From an uncultured Thermoleophilia bacterium (GTDB lineage: Bacteria > Actinomycetota > Thermoleophilia > UBA2241): a stretch of DNA of 64,000 nt. The position numbers and the translations under genes were made by a program. The notes beneath the pieces are model-generated. The model made no database searches, was not told the DNA's origin, and worked only from the letters and a program-made list of their open reading frames with translations. This document shows, in pieces, positions 1 to 8,633 of this stretch (its first letter is position 1; each line of letters begins with the position of its first letter). The stretch spans positions 114,907 through 178,906 of the forward strand of contig CAVPRQ010000020.1 in the NCBI GenBank assembly GCA_963707855.1, read 5' to 3'.

Positions 1-483
1 GTCACCAACTACATCCTCGATGCTCTCGGGGAAGGCGACTCGTTCGACGACGCGGTCGCCCACACCCAGCGCGAGGGGTGGCTCGAGGCCGACCCGGCGC
101 TCGACCTCGACGGGGTCGACTCGGCCTGCAAGCTCGCCATCCTGGCGAACTCCCTGCTCGATGCGCAGATCACGCCCGACGACATCCCGCACCAGAGCAT
201 CCGAGGCGTCACTGCCGAACGGGTGGCCGCCGCCCGCGCCGCGGGGCGACGGTTGTGCTTGCTCTGCAGCGGGCGGTCCCACGACGACGGTGTCGACTGT
301 TCTGTGCGGCTTGTGGAGCTGCCGCTCGCCCATCCGCTGGCCGGCATCCGCGGCTCCAGCCTCGGTCTGATCCTGCATACCGACCTCATGGGAGACGTGC
401 TCACGGCCGAGCTCGACGCCATAACGCAGCAGACCGCCTACGCCATCCTCGCCGACCTGCTCGCCCTGCGCGCCCGCCGTTAG
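1..483 (+). CDS. hom: homoserine dehydrogenase, C-terminal part (5' end truncated by window edge)
   Basis: Frame-1 translation from base 1 reads NYILDALGEGDSFDDAVAHTQREGWLEADPALDLDGVDSACKLAILA, which is the Homoserine_dh catalytic domain signature. It ends at TAG 481-483. The 223..483 ORF in the track is part of it. Confidence 0.8.
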   Translation, partial: VTNYILDALGEGDSFDDAVAHTQREGWLEADPALDLDGVDSACKLAILANSLLDAQITPDDIPHQSIRGVTAERVAAARAAGRRLCLLCSGRSHDDGVDCSVRLVELPLAHPLAGIRGSSLGLILHTDLMGDVLTAELDAITQQTAYAILADLLALRARR

Positions 484-620
484 GTGGAGGACCTCACGGC
501 CAGTTGTCGGCAAGGACGCTCCCGTCGAGGGCCTTCACGGCGTCGGTGCATCGGTATGGCCCGCGGCGAGAGAAGCTGCGGCTTGAGCGTGCGGCGCGAC
601 CGCGCCGCGAGCGCTCATTC

Positions 621-1205
621 TCAGGGGTCGACGGCCGCCGCCTTCTTCCACTCCATCCTGGCCTGCGCGATGTTCCCTTCATCGAAGTAGATGCCGGCCA
701 AGGCGTTGTGAGCTTTCTGGGACTTGGGGTTCTTCTTCAACACTCCTCGGATGAGCGCCTTTGCCTTGGCGTCGTTGCCGCCGGCGTGGTAGACCATCGC
801 GAGCTGCACGCTGGCTTCGGGGTCGCCGGGACGCAGACGCAGGGCGCGCACGAAGAGCGCTTCCGCCTTGTCGTACTGCTCGCTCGCGAAGAACGCCGTG
901 CCCAGCGCCGTCATCGTCTGCGTGTCGGATGGGTCCTTGTCGAGCTTCGCCTTGAGGGCGGCGATCATCTGGGAGGCGTCGGGGGCCGCCGAGCTGCTTG
1001 GGCAGATAGAGGGATCGCCCGAGGGGAGAGACGTCGGGTTCGCCGCCGACGGCGTCGGCGCTGCCGAGCCGGAGTCGTTCGCGGACCCCACGAAGACGAT
1101 CACTGCGGCCACGACGATGGCGCTGGCGGTCAGAAGGAGAGCGTAGTTCTTCCTCAAGCGGCGTCCTTCCTCGTGAGCTTTTGACTGGGTAGGCACTCTA
1201 AGCAT
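621..1205 (-). CDS. TPR-repeat protein with N-terminal transmembrane/signal segment
   Basis: 194-aa ORF with a hydrophobic N-terminus (LLLTASAIVVAAVIVFVG) followed by TPR-like repeats (AEALFVRALRLRPGDPEA, AKALIRGVLKKNPKSQKAHNALAGIYFDEGN). The exact start is uncertain. Confidence 0.55.
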   Translation of the reverse strand: MLRVPTQSKAHEEGRRLRKNYALLLTASAIVVAAVIVFVGSANDSGSAAPTPSAANPTSLPSGDPSICPSSSAAPDASQMIAALKAKLDKDPSDTQTMTALGTAFFASEQYDKAEALFVRALRLRPGDPEASVQLAMVYHAGGNDAKAKALIRGVLKKNPKSQKAHNALAGIYFDEGNIAQARMEWKKAAAVDP

Positions 1206-1410
1206 AGCATCGCCGCGCTCAGCGGCCGCGCGCTTGCGGCGCGATGCAGGGCCACATCACCTCGCGCCGCATCCCCGCTTCATAGAGCTCGACTTCAGCC
1301 AGCCTCCCTCCCTTGGCGAGCGGGTGGCGGACGGCGATGCCCCTCTCGAGCGCCCCAACAGGGAGATCGCCCGGAGGGCGACGTCGTCGGCGTCCACCCG
1401 AACGACGGGC

Positions 1411-1480
1411 CTCACCCGGCTCGCGGGCGCCTCACCGCGGCTCGCGGGCACCTCAACGCGGCTCGCGGGCGCCTCAACGA
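1411..1480. repeat. short tandem repeat, about 21 nt x 3 (ctcac/acgcggctcgcgggcgc)
   Basis: Three consecutive near-identical 20-21 nt units are seen directly in an intergenic stretch. Confidence 0.5.
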
Positions 1481-1692
1481 CAGAATGGAACGACGAGTCG
1501 TTCGCGGGGCGGCGCTACCTCTCGTCCGACTCGCTCGCCGGGCTCTGCGCCGCCTGGCAGACACACGCGCGCGCGGCCCGGCGCCAACGCGGCGGGTGGC
1601 GGTCCTGCTCACCGCCCGGTGGCCGCAACGACGATCAAGGACTACTCTGGGTCAGGGACGTGGCCCTTGCGACGACCCGGCACGGCGGTTTA

Positions 1693-1795
1693 GAGTAGAA
1701 GGTGCCATGCCAACCTACCCAGGTGGATACACACTCCCCCGCCGGGTAGCCGACCGTGGACAGCACGATCATCGTCAAGAGCGGCCAAGGGGGTG
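1693..1795 (+). promoter_or_regulatory. conserved 5' leader/promoter element upstream of SBP gene (copy A), with core ACCCAGGTGGATAC and a -10-like TAGAGT
   Basis: About 100 nt with roughly 70% identity to 8470-8575. It contains the stem ctaccc(a)gg...ccgggtag and the 14-mer also found at 8491 and, inverted, at 18213. Confidence 0.5.
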
Positions 1796-1911
1796 GTGAG
1801 TGTGCACTTCCACGTGATCTCCGGGACGTGGCGATCGGCCCGTTCAGGAGGGGAGGGGGCCTGCCGGCGAAGACACGGTCGGGACCGGTGGGCCAGTCAT
1901 CAGAAAGGGGT

Positions 1912-3567
1912 GATGGTATCGTGAGTGACCAAGAAGGCGGGTCTTCATTCGAAGTCGGGAAGCTCTGGGAGATCGCCAACAGCAAGCGGGTGACGCGTCG
2001 CACGGTGCTCAAGGGAGCCGCCGCCACGGGCGCCCTCGCCGCGCTCGGCCCGATCGCCGCGGCCTGCGGCGGCAGCGAGTCCGACACCGCTGCATCACCG
2101 TCGGCCACCGCACCCAAGAAGGGCGGCCACATCAGGTCGGCGATCACTGGCGGCAACACCAAGGACACGCTCGACGGGCAGATCAGCTACATTGACGCGG
2201 GAAAGAAGTCTGAGCAGATCTACGAGCCCCTCTTGGGCTGGACCCCCGACTCCAAGCTGGAGCTGAAGCTTGCGGAGTCGTACGAGATCAGCGCCGACGG
2301 CATCGAGTATACCGTCAGGCTGAAGCCGGACCTTACCTTCCACGACGGCAAGTCGGTGACCGCCGACGACGTGATCTACAGCTACCAGCGCGTCCTCGAC
2401 CCGAAGACGGCGGCGCTCGCCACAAGTCATCTGACGGCGCTCAAGCCCAGTGGCATCAAGAAGCTCGACGATCTCACCGTGAAATTCACGCTCGAGCAGG
2501 CAGACATGTCCTTCAAGGAGGTGCTGGCCTATTACGGGTGCTGTATCGTGCCGGTCGGCTTCGAGACTCCCAAGGGCGTGGAGGGCGCCATCGGCACCGG
2601 CCCCTGGAAGGTCACCAGCTACTTCCCCGGCGAGCAGACCGAGTTCGTGGCCAACCCCGACTACTGGGGCGAGGGTCCGTACGCCGACAAGCTCACCATG
2701 ATCGAGTTCGCCGATCCGACGGCGAAGCTCAACGCGCTGCTCGGCGGCTCAGTCGACCACCTGGCGATCCTCGACACCTCCCAGGTGCCGACCATCGAGA
2801 GCAGCCCGGGGTACTCGATACTTGAGGTGAAGACCGGCGGCTGGGACCCGTTCACCATGGCCATGGACCTGAAGCCCTTCGACGACGTGCGCGTGCGCCA
2901 GGCCTTCCGGCTCATCGTCGATCGTCCGCAGATGATCGAGCAGGCCCATGGCGGCTACTCGTGGGTCGCCAACGACATGTGGGCGGTCTTCGACCCCGGC
3001 TACCCCAAGGACCTGCCGCAGCGCGTGCAGGATCTGGAGCAGGCCAAGTCGCTGCTCAAACAGGCCGGCTACGACAACGACCTCAACATCGTGCTCAACT
3101 GCTCGACTGCCACGGGCGCCAATGACCCGGCGGCCGCCCAGGTGTTCGCGGAGCAGGCCAAGGGCGCCGGCGTGACCGTCAAGGTGAACAAGGTCGATCC
3201 CAACGCCTACTGGAACGAAGGCAACTACTTGTCGTACCCCTTCGCCATGACCATGTGGGGCACCAACTCGTACCTTTGGCTGTGTCGGTCTGCCCTGTTC
3301 CCCGACGGGCCCTATTACGAGACCCACTGGAAGGACGACGAGTGGGAGAAGCTCGTCCTGGAGGCGTACAAGACGGTGGACGATACCAAGCGCAACGAGC
3401 TCGTCAGCCAGTGCCAGACGATCGAGTACGAACGCGGCGCCTACATTCAGTACCAGTTCCACGTCATGCTGGACGCGCACTCGGACAAGCTGCAGGGCCT
3501 TGTCCCAGACCAATTCGGCGCGGAAGGCGCCACGAAGAGCCGCTTCAACCTGATGTACTTCGTTTGA
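1912..3567 (+). CDS. ABC transporter substrate-binding protein, family 5 (peptide/nickel/opine type), Tat-lipoprotein
   Basis: This is the 603-aa ORF 1756..3567. It has a twin-arginine signal plus lipobox (RRTVLKGAAATGALAALGPIAAACGG) and a family-5 SBP fold. The start is placed at ATG 1912 after aagggg; the earlier GTG at 1756 lies inside the leader. Confidence 0.8.
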   Translation, partial: DGIVSDQEGGSSFEVGKLWEIANSKRVTRRTVLKGAAATGALAALGPIAAACGGSESDTAASPSATAPKKGGHIRSAITGGNTKDTLDGQISYIDAGKKSEQIYEPLLGWTPDSKLELKLAESYEISADGIEYTVRLKPDLTFHDGKSVTADDVIYSYQRVLDPKTAALATSHLTALKPSGIKKLDDLTVKFTLEQADMSFKEVLAYYGCCIVPVGFETPKGVEGAIGTGPWKVTSYFPGEQTEFVANPDYWGEGPYADKLTMIEFADPTAKLNALLGGSVDHLAILDTSQVPTIESSPGYSILEVKTGGWDPFTMAMDLKPFDDVRVRQAFRLIVDRPQMIEQAHGGYSWVANDMWAVFDPGYPKDLPQRVQDLEQAKSLLKQAGYDNDLNIVLNCSTATGANDPAAAQVFAEQAKGAGVTVKVNKVDPNAYWNEGNYLSYPFAMTMWGTNSYLWLCRSALFPDGPYYETHWKDDEWEKLVLEAYKTVDDTKRNELVSQCQTIEYERGAYIQYQFHVMLDAHSDKLQGLVPDQFGAEGATKSRFNLMYFV

Positions 3568-3597
3568 GTCTCCGTTTCTCCGTTGATCTCAAGCGGG

Positions 3598-3630
3598 CAG
3601 GGTCGCCGTCCGGAACTGGCGGCGACCCTG
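3598..3630 (+). terminator. intergenic hairpin (attenuator/terminator) between SBP and permease genes
   Basis: An 11-bp stem cagggtcgccg / cggcgaccctg with an 11-nt loop, with no U-tract (common in high-GC genomes). Confidence 0.4.
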
Positions 3631-3657
3631 TCGCGACCTTGGGGAGGTAGACGCGCG

Positions 3658-4623
3658 ATGCCACCGCTTCTCAAGATCATCCTCCGCCGGCTTGCGCTGG
3701 GCCTCCTTACCCTGCTGGTCATCTCGGTCATCGTGTTCGCGGCGACGCAAGCGCTGCCCGGGGACTCGGCGACCGCGATCCTCGGCAAGGAGGCAACGCC
3801 GGAGCGCGTCAAGGTGCTACGCGAGAAACTCGGATTGGACCGGCCGCTCCTTCTGCAGTACGTCGACTGGATAGGCGGCATTCTGAGGGGCGACGCCGGC
3901 GACTCCCTCGTCGGCACTGGGGAGCCGGTCACGCAGCTGCTCGGCAGACGGGTGATGAACACGCTAGCCCTTATGCTCGCGGCCGCCCTCATCAGCGTCC
4001 CGCCGGCCCTCGTCCTCGGCAGCCTGAGCGGTCGGTACCGTGACGGATTGTTCGACGGGGCCGTCTCCGTGGGCAGCCTCACCTTCGCGGCGCTGCCCAC
4101 GTTCGTCATCGGCATCCTGCTCATGCTGCTGTTCGCCACACAGATCCTCCACATCTTACCGGCCGTGTCGCGGGTCGAGCCCACCGCGTCGGTCTGGAGT
4201 CAGCTCGAGCTACTGTGGCTGCCGGCGCTCACGCTGGCGCTCGCGAGCGCACCGTTCACCGTGCGCATGCTGCGTGGCTCCATGATCGAAGTGCTGGAGA
4301 GCGACTACGTGCAGATGGCCCGTCTGAAGGGTGCCCCCGAGCGCATCGTGCTCCAGCGCCACTCGCTCCCCAACGCCATCATCCCGGTCATCCAGGTGAT
4401 CGCCCTCGATCTCGCCTGGATGGCCGGCGGCGTCGTCACCGTGGAGTATCTCTTCAACTACCCGGGCATCGGCGCGTCGCTCGTCAACGCTGTGGCGAAC
4501 CGTGACGTGCCGGTGGTCCAGGCGATCGTGCTTCTCATCGCCACCGTGTACGTGGTCTTCAACCTCACCGCCGATATCCTCACGATCCTCATCAGCCCGC
4601 GACTCAGGACGGGTCTCCAGTGA
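3658..4623 (+). CDS. ABC transporter permease (DppB/OppB-like)
   Basis: This is ORF 3583..4623. An ATG at 3658 gives MPPLLKIILRRLALGLLTLLVISVIVFAATQALPGD, a typical BPD permease N-terminus. Confidence 0.85.
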   Translation: MPPLLKIILRRLALGLLTLLVISVIVFAATQALPGDSATAILGKEATPERVKVLREKLGLDRPLLLQYVDWIGGILRGDAGDSLVGTGEPVTQLLGRRVMNTLALMLAAALISVPPALVLGSLSGRYRDGLFDGAVSVGSLTFAALPTFVIGILLMLLFATQILHILPAVSRVEPTASVWSQLELLWLPALTLALASAPFTVRMLRGSMIEVLESDYVQMARLKGAPERIVLQRHSLPNAIIPVIQVIALDLAWMAGGVVTVEYLFNYPGIGASLVNAVANRDVPVVQAIVLLIATVYVVFNLTADILTILISPRLRTGLQ

Positions 4624-5597
4624 GCGCCGACCACCCGGCTTCCGCGGGCGGACGCCCCGTCGGCGCCCTCGACGTCGGTCTCGACGGGGCTTTCAACGAG
4701 ACTCTCGGGCACGGTCTCGAGTTCCCGCCGGCCCGCGGCAAGCACCGCCGGCGCGAGTGGGTCCAGCTGCCTCTGGACGCGCTCCACTACCGGGTCACGC
4801 AGGTCGGACTCGCGATGTTCCTGTTCATCGTGGCCATCGCCGTGGTCGGTCCGTACATCGCCCCGTATTCGCCCTATGAGTTTGTCACGGCGCCGTACGC
4901 CAAGCCGTCGTCGGTCGCCTGGCTCGGCGGCGACAACCTCGGCCGCGACGTGCTGAGCCGCGTGCTCTGCGGGGGGCGCTCGGTGCTCACCCTCTCGTTC
5001 ATCGCGACGGCTATCGGCATGGTCCTCGGGGTGTCGCTCGGCCTCGTCGCCGGTTACGCTCGGACCGCCATCAGCGAAGTGATCATGCGCGGGCTCGACG
5101 TGATGCTCGCCTTCCCGCAGATCGTGTTCGTGCTGCTGTTGGTCTCGGTGCTGGGGCCGCAGCTCTGGCTCCTCGTGTTGGGCGTGGGCGTCACGCTCGC
5201 GCCGCCCATCGCTCGAGTGGTGTACGGCGTCACGATGGAGGTCAAGGAGCGCGACTTCGTGATGGCGGCCGAGTCGCTCGGCGTCTCGCACTTCAAGATC
5301 GCCTTCACCGAGATCCTGCCGAACATCGTGAGCCCGTTGATGGTGGAGTTCGGTCTGAACCTCACGTTCGCCATCGGGACCATCGCGTCGCTCAGCTTCC
5401 TCGGCTTCGGCATACAGCCGCCAGCGGCCGACTGGGGTCTCATGATCAACGAGAACCGCATCGGCCTGGTCGTCCAGCCGTACTCGGTCTTCGTGCCGGT
5501 GGCGCTGATCGCCATCCTCGCCGTCGGCGTCAACCTCGTCACCGACGGCGTGGCTCACGCCATGATCGGCATAGACCGCGACACGGGGTCATCATGA
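4620..5597 (+). CDS. ABC transporter permease (DppC/OppC-like)
   Basis: 325-aa ORF with multiple TM helices and the permease signature region. Its start overlaps the stop of the upstream permease. Confidence 0.85.
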   Translation: MSADHPASAGGRPVGALDVGLDGAFNETLGHGLEFPPARGKHRRREWVQLPLDALHYRVTQVGLAMFLFIVAIAVVGPYIAPYSPYEFVTAPYAKPSSVAWLGGDNLGRDVLSRVLCGGRSVLTLSFIATAIGMVLGVSLGLVAGYARTAISEVIMRGLDVMLAFPQIVFVLLLVSVLGPQLWLLVLGVGVTLAPPIARVVYGVTMEVKERDFVMAAESLGVSHFKIAFTEILPNIVSPLMVEFGLNLTFAIGTIASLSFLGFGIQPPAADWGLMINENRIGLVVQPYSVFVPVALIAILAVGVNLVTDGVAHAMIGIDRDTGSS

Positions 5598-7390
5598 GCC
5601 GCATCATCCTTGCCGTGAAGGACCTCGAGATCGCCCTCGACCCGTCGGGCGTCGAGATCGATCACGAGGTCAGCTTCGAGCTCGTCGAAGGCGAGGTCCT
5701 CGGGCTGGTCGGCGAGTCGGCGTCGGGCAAGACCACCGCGGCCACGTCGCTGCTCAACTTCCAGCGCCGCGGCGCCAAGATCGCGGCCGGCTCGATCACC
5801 ATCGACGAACGCGACGTGCTGGCGCTAGGCTCGACGCAGCTGCGTCGGCTGCGTGGCGGCGTGATCAGCTACGTGCCTCAGGACCCCGGCTCCGCATTGA
5901 ACCCCGCTCTGCGCATCGGCCAGCAGCTACGTGAGGTCCTCGAGTTCCACGACTTCGGCGACTCGGACGCAGAGCGCCGCAAGCGCGTCGAGGAGATGAT
6001 GGCCGAGGTGCTGTTGCCCAGCACCAAGGAGTTCCTGCGGCGCTACCCACACCAGCTCTCCGGCGGCCAGCAACAGCGCGTGGTGCTCGCCATGGCGTTC
6101 TCCTGCCGGCCCAAGGTCATCGTGCTCGACGAGCCTACGACCGGTCTCGACGTGACCACCCAGGCGCACGTCCTCAACACCATCCGCGATCTCGTGACCG
6201 CCCACCGCGCCGCGGCCGTGTACGTGACGCACGACCTCGCGGTGGTGGCGGAGCTCGCCGACCGCATCGCCGTCATGTACGCGGGCCGGCTCGTCGAGGT
6301 CGGACCTGCCGCGGAGCTGTTCGCGGGGGCGAGCCACCCGTACACGCGGCGCCTGCTGCACGCGGTCCCGGCGCTGACGGGGCGGCGCACCCTCGAGGGC
6401 ATCCCTGGCTTCGCGCCGCGCCCCGGGCATCGTCCGGCGGGCTGCGCGTTCGCGCCGCGGTGCGGCTACGCCGTGGCGAAGTGCTCCGCCGAGATGCCGC
6501 CCGAGGAGACCGTCGGCCAGATGCACCGCGTGCGCTGCTGGCGTCACGAGGAGGTACGAGCGGAGGCGCCCGTGCTCGCGCAGAAGGATGACAGCTCTCT
6601 GGAGAGCGGCGGGGAGGCGGGTCTTCTCACCGTCAGGGGCGTCACCGCCTGGTACGGCTCCAGGGAGATCCTCCACGACGTCGACGTCACCCTTCGCGCC
6701 CACGAGTGCCTGGCCCTCGTCGGTGAGTCGGGCAGCGGCAAGACGACCCTGGCGCGCTGTATCGCCGGGATCCACCCTTTCAGGATCGAGGGTGACATCG
6801 GCTTTCAGGGCAAGGCCCTGCAACGTCGGGCGCGCAGTCGCCCACGCGCGATCCGTCACGCCATCCAGTACGTGTTCCAGAACCCGTACAGCGCCCTCAA
6901 TCCACGCAACACCATCGCCCAGATCCTCTCGCAGCCGCTGCGCATCTTCTTCGACTACACGCGCGACCAGCGTGAGGATCGCCTTGCGGAGGTGCTCGAC
7001 CTCGTCTCGCTCGACGACACGCTGCTGAGCCGCTACCCGGACCAGCTCTCGGGCGGAGAGCGGCAGCGCGTGGCCATCGCCCGTGCGCTGGCCGCCGAGC
7101 CGACGGTGCTCGTCTGCGACGAGGTCACCTCCTGGCTGGACGTCTCGGTGCAGGCCTCCATCGTCGAGCTCCTCGTGCGCCTGCAGAACGAGATCGGTCT
7201 CTGCATGCTGTTCGTGACGCACAACCTCGCCCTCATCCGCAGCATCGCCTACGACGTCGCGGTGATGAGCGAGGGCCGCATCGTCGAGTACGGGCCCACG
7301 GACGACGTGCTCGCCCACCCGCAGGCCGACTACACGCGCAAGCTGCTCGCCGACACGCCGAAGGTGGAGGCGGCCCTGCTCAAGACGTAG
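5594..7390 (+). CDS. ABC transporter ATP-binding protein with duplicated ATPase domains (fused DppD/DppF type)
   Basis: 598 aa with two Walker A motifs (GESASGKTT, GESGSGKTT) and two ABC signatures (LSGGQQQRV, LSGGERQRV). Confidence 0.9.
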   Translation: MSRIILAVKDLEIALDPSGVEIDHEVSFELVEGEVLGLVGESASGKTTAATSLLNFQRRGAKIAAGSITIDERDVLALGSTQLRRLRGGVISYVPQDPGSALNPALRIGQQLREVLEFHDFGDSDAERRKRVEEMMAEVLLPSTKEFLRRYPHQLSGGQQQRVVLAMAFSCRPKVIVLDEPTTGLDVTTQAHVLNTIRDLVTAHRAAAVYVTHDLAVVAELADRIAVMYAGRLVEVGPAAELFAGASHPYTRRLLHAVPALTGRRTLEGIPGFAPRPGHRPAGCAFAPRCGYAVAKCSAEMPPEETVGQMHRVRCWRHEEVRAEAPVLAQKDDSSLESGGEAGLLTVRGVTAWYGSREILHDVDVTLRAHECLALVGESGSGKTTLARCIAGIHPFRIEGDIGFQGKALQRRARSRPRAIRHAIQYVFQNPYSALNPRNTIAQILSQPLRIFFDYTRDQREDRLAEVLDLVSLDDTLLSRYPDQLSGGERQRVAIARALAAEPTVLVCDEVTSWLDVSVQASIVELLVRLQNEIGLCMLFVTHNLALIRSIAYDVAVMSEGRIVEYGPTDDVLAHPQADYTRKLLADTPKVEAALLKT

Positions 7391-7810
7391 CGGCGTGCGG
7401 CGCCTTGGTTCTCGACTACGTCACGGGTGAGCGCCGCCCGTCGAGCCGCGGCGCTCGAGGACTCGCGCAAATGGGCGTGCCGGGAAGACCCTGCATGAAC
7501 ATACGGGAGTGGCGAAGCGCCTGAGCAGATCATGCGAGTCGCCTTCACTGCAGGGTCGAGTGTCAGGAGGAGTGATACTGAGCCAGATCATGACCGTGCG
7601 CGGGCCGGAGACTCCGGCGAGCTCGGCTTCAAGCGCATCTCCGGGTATCGCCCTGTCGACCCTGCGTCGTGTAGGCGTGCTCTGAGGACGAGATCCGTCT
7701 CATGATGTTCGAGGACCCGGCTCGCATACTGGCAACGCCGTAGACGACTGATTCCCCGCCCTCGGGCGCGGTGCCAGACCAGGGCACGGCTGGGGCGAGG
7801 GAGCTAGTGC

Positions 7811-8347
7811 TTGAGCGACAGACAGGCGACCGGGAACAGGACTCGACAACGGGAGGGAGCTTTGGAAGGCGAGACGACACGGGGTGCCGAGCCGAGTTCT
7901 TGCCTGGCGGGAGACCTGACGGCCGCGCAGCGGGATCTGGTGATCCGCCACCTTCCGCTGAATGTCACGGTTTGCGATGAAGAAGGTAGGATCGTGTACT
8001 GGCACGGCGATCTTCGGCGCCTGCTGCAGGCCTCGGGCGTCGAGCTAGCCTTCACGCCCGGCCTCGACGGCGTTCTCGAAGACTGTGATCCGGGATACAT
8101 CGGCCGCCACTACAGCGAATGTCATCCCGCATCCGCGCGTGCCGTCATCGCACGCATCGAGAAGGCCTTTCGGGAGGGCAGCCAGCAGGAGGCGATCTAC
8201 CGGCGCCTGGAAGCCGGCCGGCTGATCCTGGTGCGGTACTGCCCCCTTCGTGACGACCAGGGGACCTACCGCGGCATGATGGAGACGATGCAGGACATCA
8301 CGGACATCCGCCAGATGGACGGCGAGAAGCTCGTCCTCGACTGGTAG
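7811..8347 (+). CDS. PAS-like (PAS_10-type) sensor domain protein, uncharacterised
   Basis: 178 aa. LPLNVTVCDEEGRIVYWHGD...GRHYSECHPASARAVIARIEKAF resembles the PAS_10 family pattern (vDkdgrvryf...GR.v..CHP..S). The N-terminal 40 aa are low complexity, so the true start may be later. Confidence 0.45.
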   Translation: MSDRQATGNRTRQREGALEGETTRGAEPSSCLAGDLTAAQRDLVIRHLPLNVTVCDEEGRIVYWHGDLRRLLQASGVELAFTPGLDGVLEDCDPGYIGRHYSECHPASARAVIARIEKAFREGSQQEAIYRRLEAGRLILVRYCPLRDDQGTYRGMMETMQDITDIRQMDGEKLVLDW

Positions 8348-8469
8348 GCGCGCCGCAGCGTTCCGGCAGCTGCGGTCAGCGGGGGCATCGAGAATGGCCT
8401 CAACGACGACCAGGGACTCCACCACGCAGGGGACCTGACCCTTGCCGCAACGCGGGAGGGTGCTCTAGA

Positions 8470-8575
8470 ATGGATGCATCGTTGTAGCCTACCCGGGTGG
8501 ATACATGCTTCCGCCGGGTAGCCGGCCGGGGACGGCACGAATCGTCGTCAAGAACGGCGCTGGCTGAAGAGAGGG
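8470..8575 (+). promoter_or_regulatory. conserved 5' leader/promoter element (copy B) with core ACCCGGGTGGATAC and a -10-like TAGAAT
   Basis: Homologous to 1693-1795. It has the stem ctacccgg...ccgggtag and shares the downstream segment atcgtcgtcaagaacggcgc. Confidence 0.5.
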
Positions 8576-8633
8576 GGTCAGCGTGACACGCTGTGCGAGG
8601 AGCTTCCGAGGGTCTATCTGGGGAGGTACGGCA

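Noticed and set aside
78-1184. 368-aa plus-strand ORF full of Arg/Ala/Gly/Pro
   Set aside because: It overlaps hom in another frame and the TPR gene antisense. The Arg-rich low-complexity translation is typical of spurious ORFs in 70% GC DNA.
8461-8472. gctctagaatgg, superficially like the CUCUAAA anticodon loop of tRNA-Pyl
   Set aside because: It has CTAGA, not CUAAA, and there is no cloverleaf-compatible flanking sequence. It is better explained as a TAGAAT -10 element.
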